DNA of 64,000 nt from Klebsormidium nitens (Eukaryota; Plantae; Klebsormidiophyceae). The translations under genes and the position numbers were made by a program. The stretch covers positions 1 through 64,000 of the forward strand of contig DF237353.1 in NCBI GenBank assembly GCA_000708835.1, in the 5' to 3' direction. This document shows, one piece after another, positions 14,064 through 25,842 of the stretch (the stretch's first letter is position 1; every line of letters starts with the position of its first letter). The notes under the pieces were generated by a model. The model saw only the letters and a program-made list of their open reading frames with translations, did no database searches and was not told where the DNA came from.

Positions 14064-17000
14064 ATGGCTCCTCATGAGGAAATGTATGGAGGGATAGGTC
14101 TCAGTCGACTGCCTCCCTCCATGCAGTCTTTGCGAGAGAGGATAGGAGGACTCAAAGCCGCAACCGAGTTAGGGTCCTCCGGAGAAACAGCGGTGGCAAT
14201 CAGCAGCCAGCACCAGCGGCCTTCTGACACCTTTGAGCGACTTAGAGATAGGGCACTCAACACGGAAAAAGCAGCCAGGGTTGCAGCAGCATCTCAACAG
14301 TCCCTGACGAATGAAAGTCCGTCTCTTCAAAGGAGGAGGAGCAGCTGGGAAACTGAGCTAGACGAATACCTTAGCATCAGCTCAGATACTGCAGCGGGGT
14401 TAGAATTGAGAGGCAGACTGCAATCGCCGGAGGCTTGGTTGAGGTTTCTGCAAGAACACGAACAGCTCCAGGGGTCTTGCAAGTACTCAGAAGCAGCATC
14501 CGAGATAGGCATCAGCCGCCTTTATGAATGGGCTACCAAGGCCATCCCAAGGTCTCTGAACATCAGCAACGAGGACTATGTCAGGATATGGACTGGTTAT
14601 GCCAAGCACCAAATGTAAGCTTTATACTCAATCCAGGATGAGTCCTTTTGATAACAAAGTCATGTCTTTGTTCAAGGGTTTCCCCCAAGATACCCAAGAA
14701 GCTTGAGGAGGTGGTGTCCTACTGTTGTGGATGAGATTCGGTGAGGTGCTGTATCCGTATCCAAGCATCCGCGCGAAGTTGGGTGTGCCTTTCACTTGAA
14801 GATGGACACACAGGTCTCGAATGGCCCAAGCTTCAACTTGGCTCTCTTCAAGCTCGACCACGCTAACTTCTGGACAAAACTGAATGCGCAGGGAAACGAG
14901 CGAGGAGGATGCAAGGCAGATCTTCAAGTACCTGAAGAGCCATCATATTGGCCACGGGCTGGCCTGTCTTTATGAGGAATGGGCTCTCTTCGAAGTTGCC
15001 GCTGGTGCGTTTACAGAGTATAGGAAAAGCTTTCAACTCTAGATCGAAGGGTTGGTCGTGTGCCTCAGTGGTTTGTATGTGATGCATTTTGCCATTGCTG
15101 GGTATGCCAGTTTAAGGATTGGACCCGAAATCGATCGATCAGCTTTGGGCTTTGTCCAAATTGACAATCTGTAGCCGTCCTCTTTTCAGTCAGAGTGGAG
15201 CAGATTGGTTGCCCTTGCCCTTGTAACCTCTGCTTATCTCAGTTATCTCAGGTTAGACTTTTTTGCCTGCAGGCCAGCCTCAGAAGGCTCTGCAGAAGGT
15301 GCAAGAGGGCATCCGGCAGCAGGCAACACCAGCCGGGCATCTCGAGGAACTGCAATCCAAACTCCTCACCTCCCTTCAGAGCAGAAGCGAGAGCAACCTG
15401 CCAGCACATCCAAGTCCCATCCCTGCACCCCATTCACTGGAAAGACTCTCCTGGCCTCGATCGGCTAGCGCTTTCCAGCCCTCAGCACCACCCGTCGAGC
15501 AGCCAAGCCCTCTTCTTCGCTCTCACTCTCTAGACAAAGCCGGGCTGGCATTGCCGCCTCAGTCTACTCCCTCCACCCACCAAATCAGGCCGCAACAGGG
15601 AACCCCTTCCGCATACCGGCAGCAGCCTTTCCAGCCTTCTCTGCAACCAATCCCTTCACCCGCTGACGCCGAGTCCCTCACCACCCCGAGCAGAGAAGCC
15701 GTCCGAGGAACCCCTCGTTCCTTCCCCTCACAACGCCCTGAGTCCAGCAAGCCTTCTGCGGCCGAAGAACGGTGGCGACCAGACTTGACGGCAACGTCCG
15801 TGCAGTCTGTAGTCGAGCCAACTTCGGCCAGCGTGCTCGCAGGGCAGGATGCTGCCAAGGGGGACTTCAGCACTCCGTACGGGAAAAGTAGGGGGAGCAG
15901 CTCTGGTGGCGTGCCTGCAGATGGAACCACAACTTTTGGCATGCCAACGCCTAGCTTCGGTCTAGGGACGAGCACCTTAGGCAAGAGCGGCCTTCCCGGG
16001 GGGTTCAAGTTCGACGACACGGCGCACTCAGGCGCGGGGTCGTGCTATGTCTCTCAGGACAACGGGAGAGAAACCGGGTACGGTCATACAAGTCACTCTG
16101 TAGGGGGGCGCAGCAGCATTGGGAGCAGTTTCCGGTGGCAACCGAGCCCCACCAGTGTGACGACGCGCCAGTTGACTACGGGTGTGAGCAGCATGGGGGC
16201 ACCGGATCGGAGTCAGAATGCAGAGGAGGGCCCTGACGAGAGCCAGGTGGTGTTGGGAGGTGCTGACGTGGCAGGAGCACCGGGGAGGCAGTCGGAAAAG
16301 GGTGCAGACCACTCTGCGGGGCAGTCTGAAACTGTGGTTGGGGGTAGGGAACCTGCGGGCCTGGGTCAGGAGCGGATTCGGGACTTGAGGGAGAGTCTTG
16401 GCCGACCAGGAGTTCCTAGAGAGTGGCCTCCTGCTATCCGGAGGAATGTACAAACAGCAGGGGTAGCGGAAACAGGGGAAGCCTCGGCAGGGGGGAGTGT
16501 GAGTCCGACTGAGACGGTAGAGCTGCCAAAGGGCCAACTGCCAGACGTTAGCCTGCCAGTGCAAGCGACTAGAGGGCGGGAGGACGGTTTGCAGAGCAGA
16601 GTAGGGACTCCGCGGCAAGGGGGTGGAGAGAAAGCGGACCGGTCCTGGCCAAGCTTGGAGGAGCTGGCTGACAGACGAGGCTTAACCCCTGGGGACCAGA
16701 GAGGGACTGTGGTTGCAACCTCTGCAACCGCAGCAGGTGGCCAGTCTCTCACGGAGAGGAATGGCCCTTCATCCGGGCCACCGAAAAGCGCACCCCCACC
16801 CCTCAAAATGGAGCGGCCTGCTCTTTCTCGGGGAAACCAGCCAACGGGAGTGGCTCTCGAGCGGCCACAATGGATGCGGGAGCCTGCCAAGAAGCTGGCC
16901 CCGACGCTGTCCCCGGTGGAGGAAAAATCGAGGGAGCGCGCTTCTAGCAACGCCACAAGCGCCAAGTCTGGCAGCAAGAGCAGCGGGAGCAGCAGTGTCA

Positions 17001-20000
17001 AGAGCGCGGTCACGAGCAAGGGGGACGAAGAGACGGTGAGCCTGAGCAAGCCTGTCGGGGAGAGTGCGCCCGAGAAGGAGAAGGGGCTGCCTCCAGCGAG
17101 CGCTGCAGTGGAGAACGGTGCGGCAGCGCCAAAGCAGGGCAAGCAGCTGCGGCGTTTGGGTGAGTAGCAAAGGACTTTGAGCGCAAGCGTCGTGTTAATC
17201 GGTCAATGTTCTGCCCTGCCGTGGGTTTGTGGAGATTCGAAAAGCTGTGCCTTCAGGGGTCTAGCGTCTATGTCCTCGATCAGTCGGAAGTGAACGGTTC
17301 GTTTACCTCCGCAAAATTCGCAGCAGAGGAACCACATGAGCCGAGTGTTTGGATGTTAGCGTTACAAGCGAAATTGCTTGATTTCTACCTGAGGAGACCT
17401 TCTATGTCTTACATCTGCACCCTTCTCTCACCTCTCGCAGCCAGGTCTTGCAGAAGACGTTGGGCCTTGTCATAGACTTTCTCTCCCTGTCGGGTGTCTA
17501 CAGAAGCGTGCTGAAAACCTTTTCTCATTTATCCACTGCAGGTTTGAGCGGTCGGGCGCGGCGTGTGGCCGGTGCTGAGGACGCCCCAAGCTCGGCAGAG
17601 TCCACCGAGGAGCTTTCCCCAGCGGACGAGCAGCCAAAAGATCCGCTCCCGGTGGTGATACGGCAGCCTCGAGAACTCCCGAGCGACGAAGAGCTGCTGC
17701 AGAAGATGGATGAGGGGCGGGGGGCTTTTAGTAGCCAGGCGGAAAAGGGGGCTGCAGACAGCATCCGGGGCAGTAAACAGGGGCAAGAAGTGCTCGGAAC
17801 GGAGCAGTCCGGGGGAAAGGGCATTACGGGAGGTCGGGAAGGCGGAAGCAAAGAGCCCGACGTGGCGATGGTCGAAGGGAGGGAGGCAAGAGAAGCTAGC
17901 AGAGGCGGAAAGGGGACACTCGACGAGAGGCGGGGTTCAGAATGGATGGACACGAAGGGTCAGGCGGTTCATACAAAGGCAGCGCTCCCTGCTGCCACGT
18001 CAGCAGTTTCGGCCTACACCCAAGCTGAGCTTGCGTTGCCAGTAACCGAGCGAGGTCACGAGAGCCGTTCCCCTAGACCCGCTCAACAGCCTGGGGTACC
18101 TCGCACGGATCTACCAAGCCTTGGCACGAACGGACCGACCCCCTCGCTACAAACTTCCGGATCAGCCGCCCCGCAAACCAGCCGGCCTACAAAGCCGGTG
18201 ATTTCGAGCACGCAAGCCGCCTCTCCTTCTGAAAACGCCCGTCAAGCTGAACCATCGCAACCCGCCCTCAACAATCCTGCTCAGCCTCAACCAGTCCAGC
18301 CACAAAACCCCTTACAACAAGTCACCCCCGCGTCGAGCAGGCCCCGTTCGGAGCCTCGAGCGCCAGAGAAAGACCAGCAGCGGGGCCACGGAGCCCCTCA
18401 ACAGGGCCCCGGCCAGGCAACGCCGAAGCAAGGCTCGTCCCGCGTGGCAAGCAGCCCCGCGCCGCAGGCGCCCGCGAGCGCTAACTCCAGGGGGAGTGCC
18501 CATCAGGGCGCTCGCGAAGACGATGTGGTGTGGCTGAACGGGAAGCGGTACCAGAAGCTCAAGACCGTCGGGAAGGGGGGCAGCAGCAGGGTCTACAAGG
18601 TGACAGAATTTCCAAGACTCTGTTTCGGTTAGACGTCTGAACTTATCGGGTTTGATAACGCGAAGTTGTCCGACAAATCTTCGTCCCCTCGAGAGTTGGA
18701 GACGGATTACTGCGTGTTGGAAAACCGTGTATCGTAATCAGGAGGAGGTGCAGCATCAAGAACCTCTCAAACGCTAACTGACACATGAAACTCTTAATCT
18801 CAGCTATTCGATGAGGTAAGCAGTGTTCGCGTATCAACACTCTATTCTCCCAGCTGGCGTCTAAACTGTGATGTCTTGTTGTCTTCGCGCAAGGACACAT
18901 CTGCCGACCATCTGTTTCACACCGTTGCATCCAGCGGTATTCCTGATCGCAACAGCGTGCCTCGCACTACCAAGGGCATCTCAGCTCCAAACTATTAAAA
19001 AGCATCATTCTTGCAGGTGATTGGGCCCGATCGCAGCGAGTTTGCGCTCAAGAAAATCCCTTTGACGGGTCCCGGTGTCGGCCCTGAGGCCCGGCAGGGC
19101 TTCATCGAGGAGATCGAGCTGCTCAAGCGGCTGCAGAAGCGGAGGAACATCATCCGCTACATCGACTCAGAGGTGCGGAACCCCGGCCACTTGAACTTTT
19201 CAGGCATACAGCACTCCTTGGAAGCTCGTCGGCCGTTCTCAATCTGCTCAAAAGCTCTGACGATGTAAATCTTCTGCAGCTTTTGACTTTGAAAGTGTCC
19301 GTTCGAGTACCGACTTCTGCGTCCTGGATGCATCCCCTGGCCTCTTTGCTTCCTCGTAGACTGCCACCTTTTCATACCTGGGACTTGGAGGTAGCAACTG
19401 ATCCCTGTACGTTCTGTATTTCTTGTCGAGCTGAGCACTAGCCAGCCCGCGACTTGATTCCAAGGTCTCGAGGTTCATAGCATTTCCCTTCTGCTTGTGT
19501 GTCAGCAGGTTGCTCACGTCAGGCTTTTCAGTTTCTTGAAAACTTTCCAGCTTAGCGGATCAAGAAGAAGGCTCCTTGAGACGAAGTCATGGTCGTGGTC
19601 GAATCAGGTTCTGACGTTTTCATAATCCTCAAGAAGTTAAACTTCTGAGCATAACACGCATGCTCGCCAGGTGCAAGAATCGACGATTTTGCAATGGTAA
19701 GTTTCAGGAATAGGAAGATTGCTAACCTGCACGAGTGGGATTGCTTTGGGGATTCCGGTACGGGTGCAGAGCAGGGGATCTATGGGTTAGGGTTTTTTGT
19801 GTCAAGGATTGAGTCTCATCTTCTTAAAGCTTATTCTCCCTAAACTGTCACGCCTTGCCAGGTGCGGGAGGACGTGGTGTATGTGCTGTTAGAGTACGGC
19901 GAGATCGATCTGGCCAGCCTGCTCAAGAAGGAGCAACAGAAGGCGATCGAAATGGGCTCCAAGTGCGTTGACGAAAACTTCATACGCCGCTCCTGGCAGG

Positions 20001-23000
20001 TAGGCTGCTAACTATCAGCTGCGAGCCGCTTTTCGTCGTTTTGTCTCCCTTCACTCGGACTCCGGTGTTCACGAATACTCAATGCGGCTTCGCTCTGGGG
20101 GTAATAATTGGACCTTAGTGGTGGTTGGCACTGTGTTCTGCAATTGCGAGCCTACTGCTGCCCTCGTACCCGAAACTACAGTAAAAGGCCGTCGTAAGGT
20201 CCCTAATTCCAGCGCCCATTATTGAGATCTCGATGCAAGAGCCGTTTCTCTGCGATTCAAACGGCAGTGTCGACAGTTGCCTATGTTCTGATGACCTGCG
20301 ATTTCCAGAGGCTGCTGAGAGTTGGTGATCCAGGCTTTTGGGGGAGCTGTGAGAGCAGGAGCTTTACATACGGCTTTCCGAATTCGCACCCCCTGCTTCG
20401 TGCAGAGAAAGACTCCGCCGTTATCCTGTTTAGTTGCAGGGCTCCTAGGGGCGTTGCAAAGGAAGATTTCGTCCCTGTTCTGCACGGCTGAAGGCACTTG
20501 ACTTCACAAAGGATAGACGCTCACCCACGGACAAACAACACATAACCGTTAAACAGTCCTTTCTAGGTGCGCACAAATACCGGAGGCGGCACTACGAGCG
20601 TGCACAACGAGCGCACTCGTAGACAGGAAGACTCCGTTCGTTGATTCTGCCCTTGACGGACATCTAATTCGACTCGTCTTAGCTTAACCAGGGATAACCA
20701 CGCCTAGTTACTGGTCAACGCTCACCAGTTTGATTGATATGCAGCAAATGCTGGAGGTGGTGCACAGCGTGCACCAGGAGCGCATCGTACACATGAGAGC
20801 CCGCCTTGATTCTGACACCTAACTGAACGAACGTTAAAATCCCAAACCCAGGGTTAACTTGGTCGCTTCGTTTCTGGTGTGCAGCAAATGCTGGAGGCGG
20901 TGCACAGCGTGCACCAGGAGCGCATCGTGCACAAGGACCTGAAGCCGGCCAACTTTCTGAGCGTCCTGGGCGAGCTCAAGCTGATCGACTTTGGCATCGC
21001 CAAGTCCATGGTCGACGACGCCACCTGCATCGAGCAGCAAAGGAACCACGTAAGCCTTCCTGCACTTTCCCGGGTTCTGGTAGAGATTGTGTGACTGAAG
21101 AGCGGGTTGACTCAAGAGAAGCGCCCGGGGGACCGGTTGGGTTGGTTCGGTGGTTAGGGTGTGAAGCGCGTGCTTGTTTAGATCAGGATTCTCGTTTGTT
21201 TGTGTGCTCAAGCACACAAATTCAGGTCAACCTGCTCTTAAGGTATCGCTAAGTTACCAGTATCTTTCCCGGGTGCCGCTCGCTGTTGCAATCAAGCCCG
21301 GTGAATCATGCCGAGGCAGACGGCAGCTATTGTCAAACAAAGGCTTGCCGAGTCCGTTCATCGGCAGCCGACGTGCCTTGAGGCTAGACTTGCGCCTGGA
21401 CTGGAATCGACTGGATCCGAAGCGCCAGTTCCCCCAAGCTAACAGCCTTGCAGGAGGGTGTGTGCAACCCGCAAATTCGACGAAGTGGACGATAGTTACA
21501 AAACAGGTCCACCTCCTTCAACTTGAGTGATTTTAATAACCCACCCACTTACAAACGTGGTTCAACGTCTTCACCTCCCCTTTGCTACCCTCCAGACAGA
21601 GTGAACCTTCTTTGAATCGCCTCAATACTGCCACGTGTCCCGAGATGGACACAGGAACTCAACCGACTCGGCCTGTTGCACGTGTCCGCAGATGGGCACC
21701 GTGAACTACATGTCCCCCGAGGCCATCAAGTCCGCCACCACGGACGTCCGCGTGAGCCGCCCGTCCGACGTGTGGTCCCTGGGTTGCATCCTGTACCAAA
21801 TGGCGTACGGACAGCTGCCCTTTGCGCACGTCCCCAACCAGCTCCACCGGATGTATGTCGTGGCTGACCCCAACACAAAGGTGGGCGGTTATTTCTTAGT
21901 TAGTAAGTAACCCGTGGGCAAAATGTGGATTGCCCACGGCCCTTGCTAAAGGCTGCTCAGCGCGCTCTACGGAAGCGCACTTTCAGACGCGCGGAAGCAC
22001 CATAACCGTCGTGAGTTGCGGAAGCTGACTCGTAATGTGAAGTGCCACGTGGGCCGACGATCTTTGTCCATGTCCGGGGCAGGAGGGAGCGGGAGAGCGG
22101 CTGCAACCTTTTTACCATCCGTCTCAACTCCCTGCCGTTCGCACCTGCGCCAAACCTTGTGCCCCCTCCTTTGTAACAAAACTGAGAGACGAGCATTCAT
22201 TCTCAAGCTTCCCTCTCGCAACCAAAAGCGTCGTGACGCAAGGATTTGTCACGCGTGAATCCGTCCTCAACTTCCTTCCGTCCTTTTCCCCGCCAGATCT
22301 CGTTCCCCCCGCTCCGCAACCCCCACCTGCGGGACGCCATCCAGCGGTGCTTGACGTACAGCCCCGAGGGCCGCATCTCAATCCCCGAGCTGCTCCGGCA
22401 CCCATTCCTCAGGCCTGACGTGCTCCCGGCGGTTCCCCCGACACCCCCCGGCCCGGCTGCGACAGGTTTCGCCCTCAGCGAACAGCAGATACAGGTGCGG
22501 TGTCGAAATCTTTTTCAGACTTGGGTCTTCCGGGAACGATCGAGTGTTTCCTGGGCTGTGGCCATGGTTGCCAGGGTGAAAATGTACGGGGAGGGTTTGG
22601 AAGGCGGTCTAGTACAGACCTTTGCTAATGGCAGAGACGTGTTCTCATAGCGCGGCTCTCTTGGTCGGTGGGTCCGAAAATGTTCGCGTCCGTTCGAAGC
22701 GCCACTTGTGGAACCACCACGAGCCGTGCTTCCTGGTTCGAAGGCGCCCTGAACGTGTTGTCTTCGAAAGTGAGCACTAGATGCCATTTTACCACCATTT
22801 TTTCTGACCACGAAAGCAAGCCTCGTCAGCTTCGGTCTTTGGCAGACTTCTGTCGCGATACCATGCCTCTTCGTGGCGTGTTTATTTCCTCCTGGAAATT
22901 CAGACCTTTGATCGTGGCCGCTGAAATCCTCGTAAGCCCTTGCAACCTTGTTGTCTGCAGTCAATCCTGGCTGCGGTCGCCACCGCGGCTCCCGGGAGCA

Positions 23001-24141
23001 AGCTGGACTTACAGGAGATGCTGCGACAGCTGGCGGCCCACTCGGGGCCCGGGCTCGCGGCCGCCCTCCAGCAGGCGACCACGTCCAAGTAAGCCCGTCG
23101 ATATACTCCGGGTCTCTCTTGTAGTAAGAAGACGCCGCTTCACCTGAAGCCGCTCTGTTCCGCGTCCGTCTGCCTAAAAGCGAGGTTAAATGTTCGGAAT
23201 GTCTCGTCCTTTTGGAATGCTGGAGTGTCGCTAAGAGGGCTTCAGAAGCGATCGTTGGTGGCTGACATGGTTGAGGACCGACTTTAGCTCAGCCGGGAAC
23301 ACGAATGAGTCCCTTGTCTCGCTTGCCGGATGTTCCCCGCTACCATGAGCACCGAAAGTGACTGTGGCTTTACATAGGTTGAATGGATTTCGTCCTCAGT
23401 GCCAGAAGATCGAACATCTGCCACTCACAGGTTGACCTTGACTTCGGTACTGGCCAAGCAGCTGTTCCCCAGCCCTGCCTAGAGTTCCTCTCCACCTTCG
23501 AATGACGGCTGTTCTTCCTAAACTCCTCTTTTCTTTCCTCTGGCCCATCTTGTCTCCCATTGTCACGCCAATTTTAGGTCGGCCGTAGAGTTTTTGAATG
23601 GCTTTCCTAGGCCCCTATGTTCTTTTTATGGCTGACTCCTTTCTCGCCATTTTGAAACGCAGGCCTCCGCCTCCCCCCCCGGCCCCTCCGCGTGCTCCTC
23701 CGCCGCCCCCTCCCCCCCCTCCCTGCCGCGAGCAAGCCCCGCGGCCCAGTACGCGCACCCTTGCAGCTCGTTAAACGGGCACCGTCAGTTGACAGTCGAA
23801 AGCAGGGAGAGGGCTTGCAAGGCGACTTGGCGGCACAGGTAGCCAGAATCGCGGCCGAGCGGTCAAGGCGTCTTCAAAATGCGGCAAGTGACGGGTCGAG
23901 CACTCCCAAAGCAGGGGCCCCCAACGGCGGTTTGGCTCTAGGAGTTAAACGTGCGTTGGATGGTTCCAAACCGGAGAGCAAAGTGAGTCGGTTTATTGGG
24001 GGATCGGTGGGGACGGGTGAAGAGAATAAGGAGAATGCGGAGGGGTACCAGCGGTTGTTGCAACAAAAGCTCGCGAGCAGGCGAAAATTGGTAGAGGAAG
24101 ATGTCACGGGTGGTAGCACGGCAACTGTGAACTTCGACTAG
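14064..24141 (+). CDS. MPS1: MPS1/TTK spindle-checkpoint kinase with N-terminal TPR-like domain, 12 exons
   Basis: Exons 14064-14614, 14892-15004, 15273-17159, 17542-18599, 19017-19172, 19862-19999, 20885-21049, 21692-21880, 22297-22494, 22961-23088, 23663-24141 give 11 coding exons as I traced them (an additional small exon is not excluded). Kinase motifs: [92 protein letters not shown]. The start codon is uncertain (first in-frame ATG used). Confidence 0.93.
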
Positions 24142-25842
24142 GTTTCTTGCTGCCAAAGGGTTTTCTGTCTGGTCGTCTACCTGCAGACTACTTCTTCAGA
24201 AGAAGAGTGTTTGAAGTACAGATTATGAGCGTAATTCTTCAGGAATGAGGATCATGCGTCCAAAGATGTCGGGTCATCGGGTCATATCATCCGCTGTTGC
24301 TACAGCCGCGCAGTCTTCATTCCTGAACCAAGCATGAATGGGAACCGGCCATGTCTGCTTGCAGCAGCGAGCCACGAATCTGTGAATGCAAGACAGCGCC
24401 AGGTTCTGATGATTATTAGAGCGTGTTCTTAAAGAGCTCCAAGGCTTTCAGCTTGCGACTGGTCATTTGGGCGCCATGTTCTAATGAGTACGGTCCTTGC
24501 AATGCTGATTCCTGCGACACTGCAACTTATTCGGTGCAGCCCGCAAAGCTTTTGCATGCAAAAGCTTGGATGGACCTAGCTCATGAATTCAAACTAGAGA
24601 AATCATGTATTTGTAATTTGTGCGGCATAGCTAGCTCCGAAAGTAATAGCGGCATTAGTATGCATGCACCGAGTCACAGTAAGTGATCTACTCAACCCAG
24701 CTCATGAGTCCTGCCGCGGAATACATGCATTCAGCGTAGGTATGTATACAGGACCATGCCAACCGTAATTAGCATGCGATGCAGGAGTCGCGTGTGCAGC
24801 TATTGCATGCTTTCTTACACATACAGCTCACAATGAACAGTAATCGAGTGAGGCTGATGTGTACTTCAATATAGCCAGATCAACTTGCCTTTGACCTTAT
24901 AATACGTCCTTCCCATTTCCCCTTTGTTATGCCCTTACATTGTAAAATCGTCCAACCAAAGAGTGCATCCGCAGACCACTCAAAACCTCTCTGTCGTTTT
25001 ATCCTTCCCATCGCCCTTTTGGTTCACCACCACGGACTCCGCTTTTGCTGCTCAGAGTCCCGTCTCTTGAAGTAATCGTCATGGACCTCCGCTTGTACTG
25101 CTCAGCCTCAGAATCCCTTCCCTCAAGAGTTTTTCTCGTCTGAACTCCTCCCACAGCCCTCTCCCGATGTTTACCCCCATATCCCTCCACCACGCTCTGA
25201 ATTGCTTGCTGCGGGATAACTGTTGCTCTGCCATTTGAGCCACTTTGAGACTTCAGACTCCCTACTTTGAGTTGCCCTAGATTGTTTTTTGGTGCTACGT
25301 ACAGGCCTCCTGAGTCTGTGCTTGGACCCTTAAGACTCGGGCAAGCTGCAGCTTCAGACCTTCCCAGACCACGACAGTTCTCAGACCCTGGTCAACACTG
25401 CTCCTTTTTAACCAACTACAAGCTAACCTGCTAGGACGACCAACAATTGCTTCTGACGCTTTGACGCAAGCAGGCACCAATTGCGGCTAGGCTCGTTCAG
25501 TGGGCTGCAACACTCAAGTCTAACTCCTAGCATATGTACACTGACGAAAGACTCTAGTGTGCCAAGCAGCGCTGATGCAGAACAAACAGTTGGACCCTAG
25601 CAAAACCCCCGCACTAAGCTCCTCTTGCGGAGGCGCGAGGTGGAGGGCTGTGACCTCTATCGACTCAACCAACAATGTTCCTGGCCATGCGCCGCTGCGC
25701 TGCCAAGCACGCTGCCCCTGTCTAGCTAGAATACAGTGGCACTTGACGCGACGCCGAACCTTTATTACCTACCCACCCAACTCAATGTATACGCACCCAA
25801 TAATTTCTACCCATCCAGGTTAAGTTCCGCGAGCCCGCGCTC

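Noticed and set aside
15559-17170. Long minus-strand ORFs (153-258 aa) overlapping MPS1 exon 3; likewise antisense ORFs over the TLDc, PUM24, catalase and ATG18 genes
   Set aside because: Shadow ORFs of GC-rich, low-complexity coding sequence with no motifs of their own.
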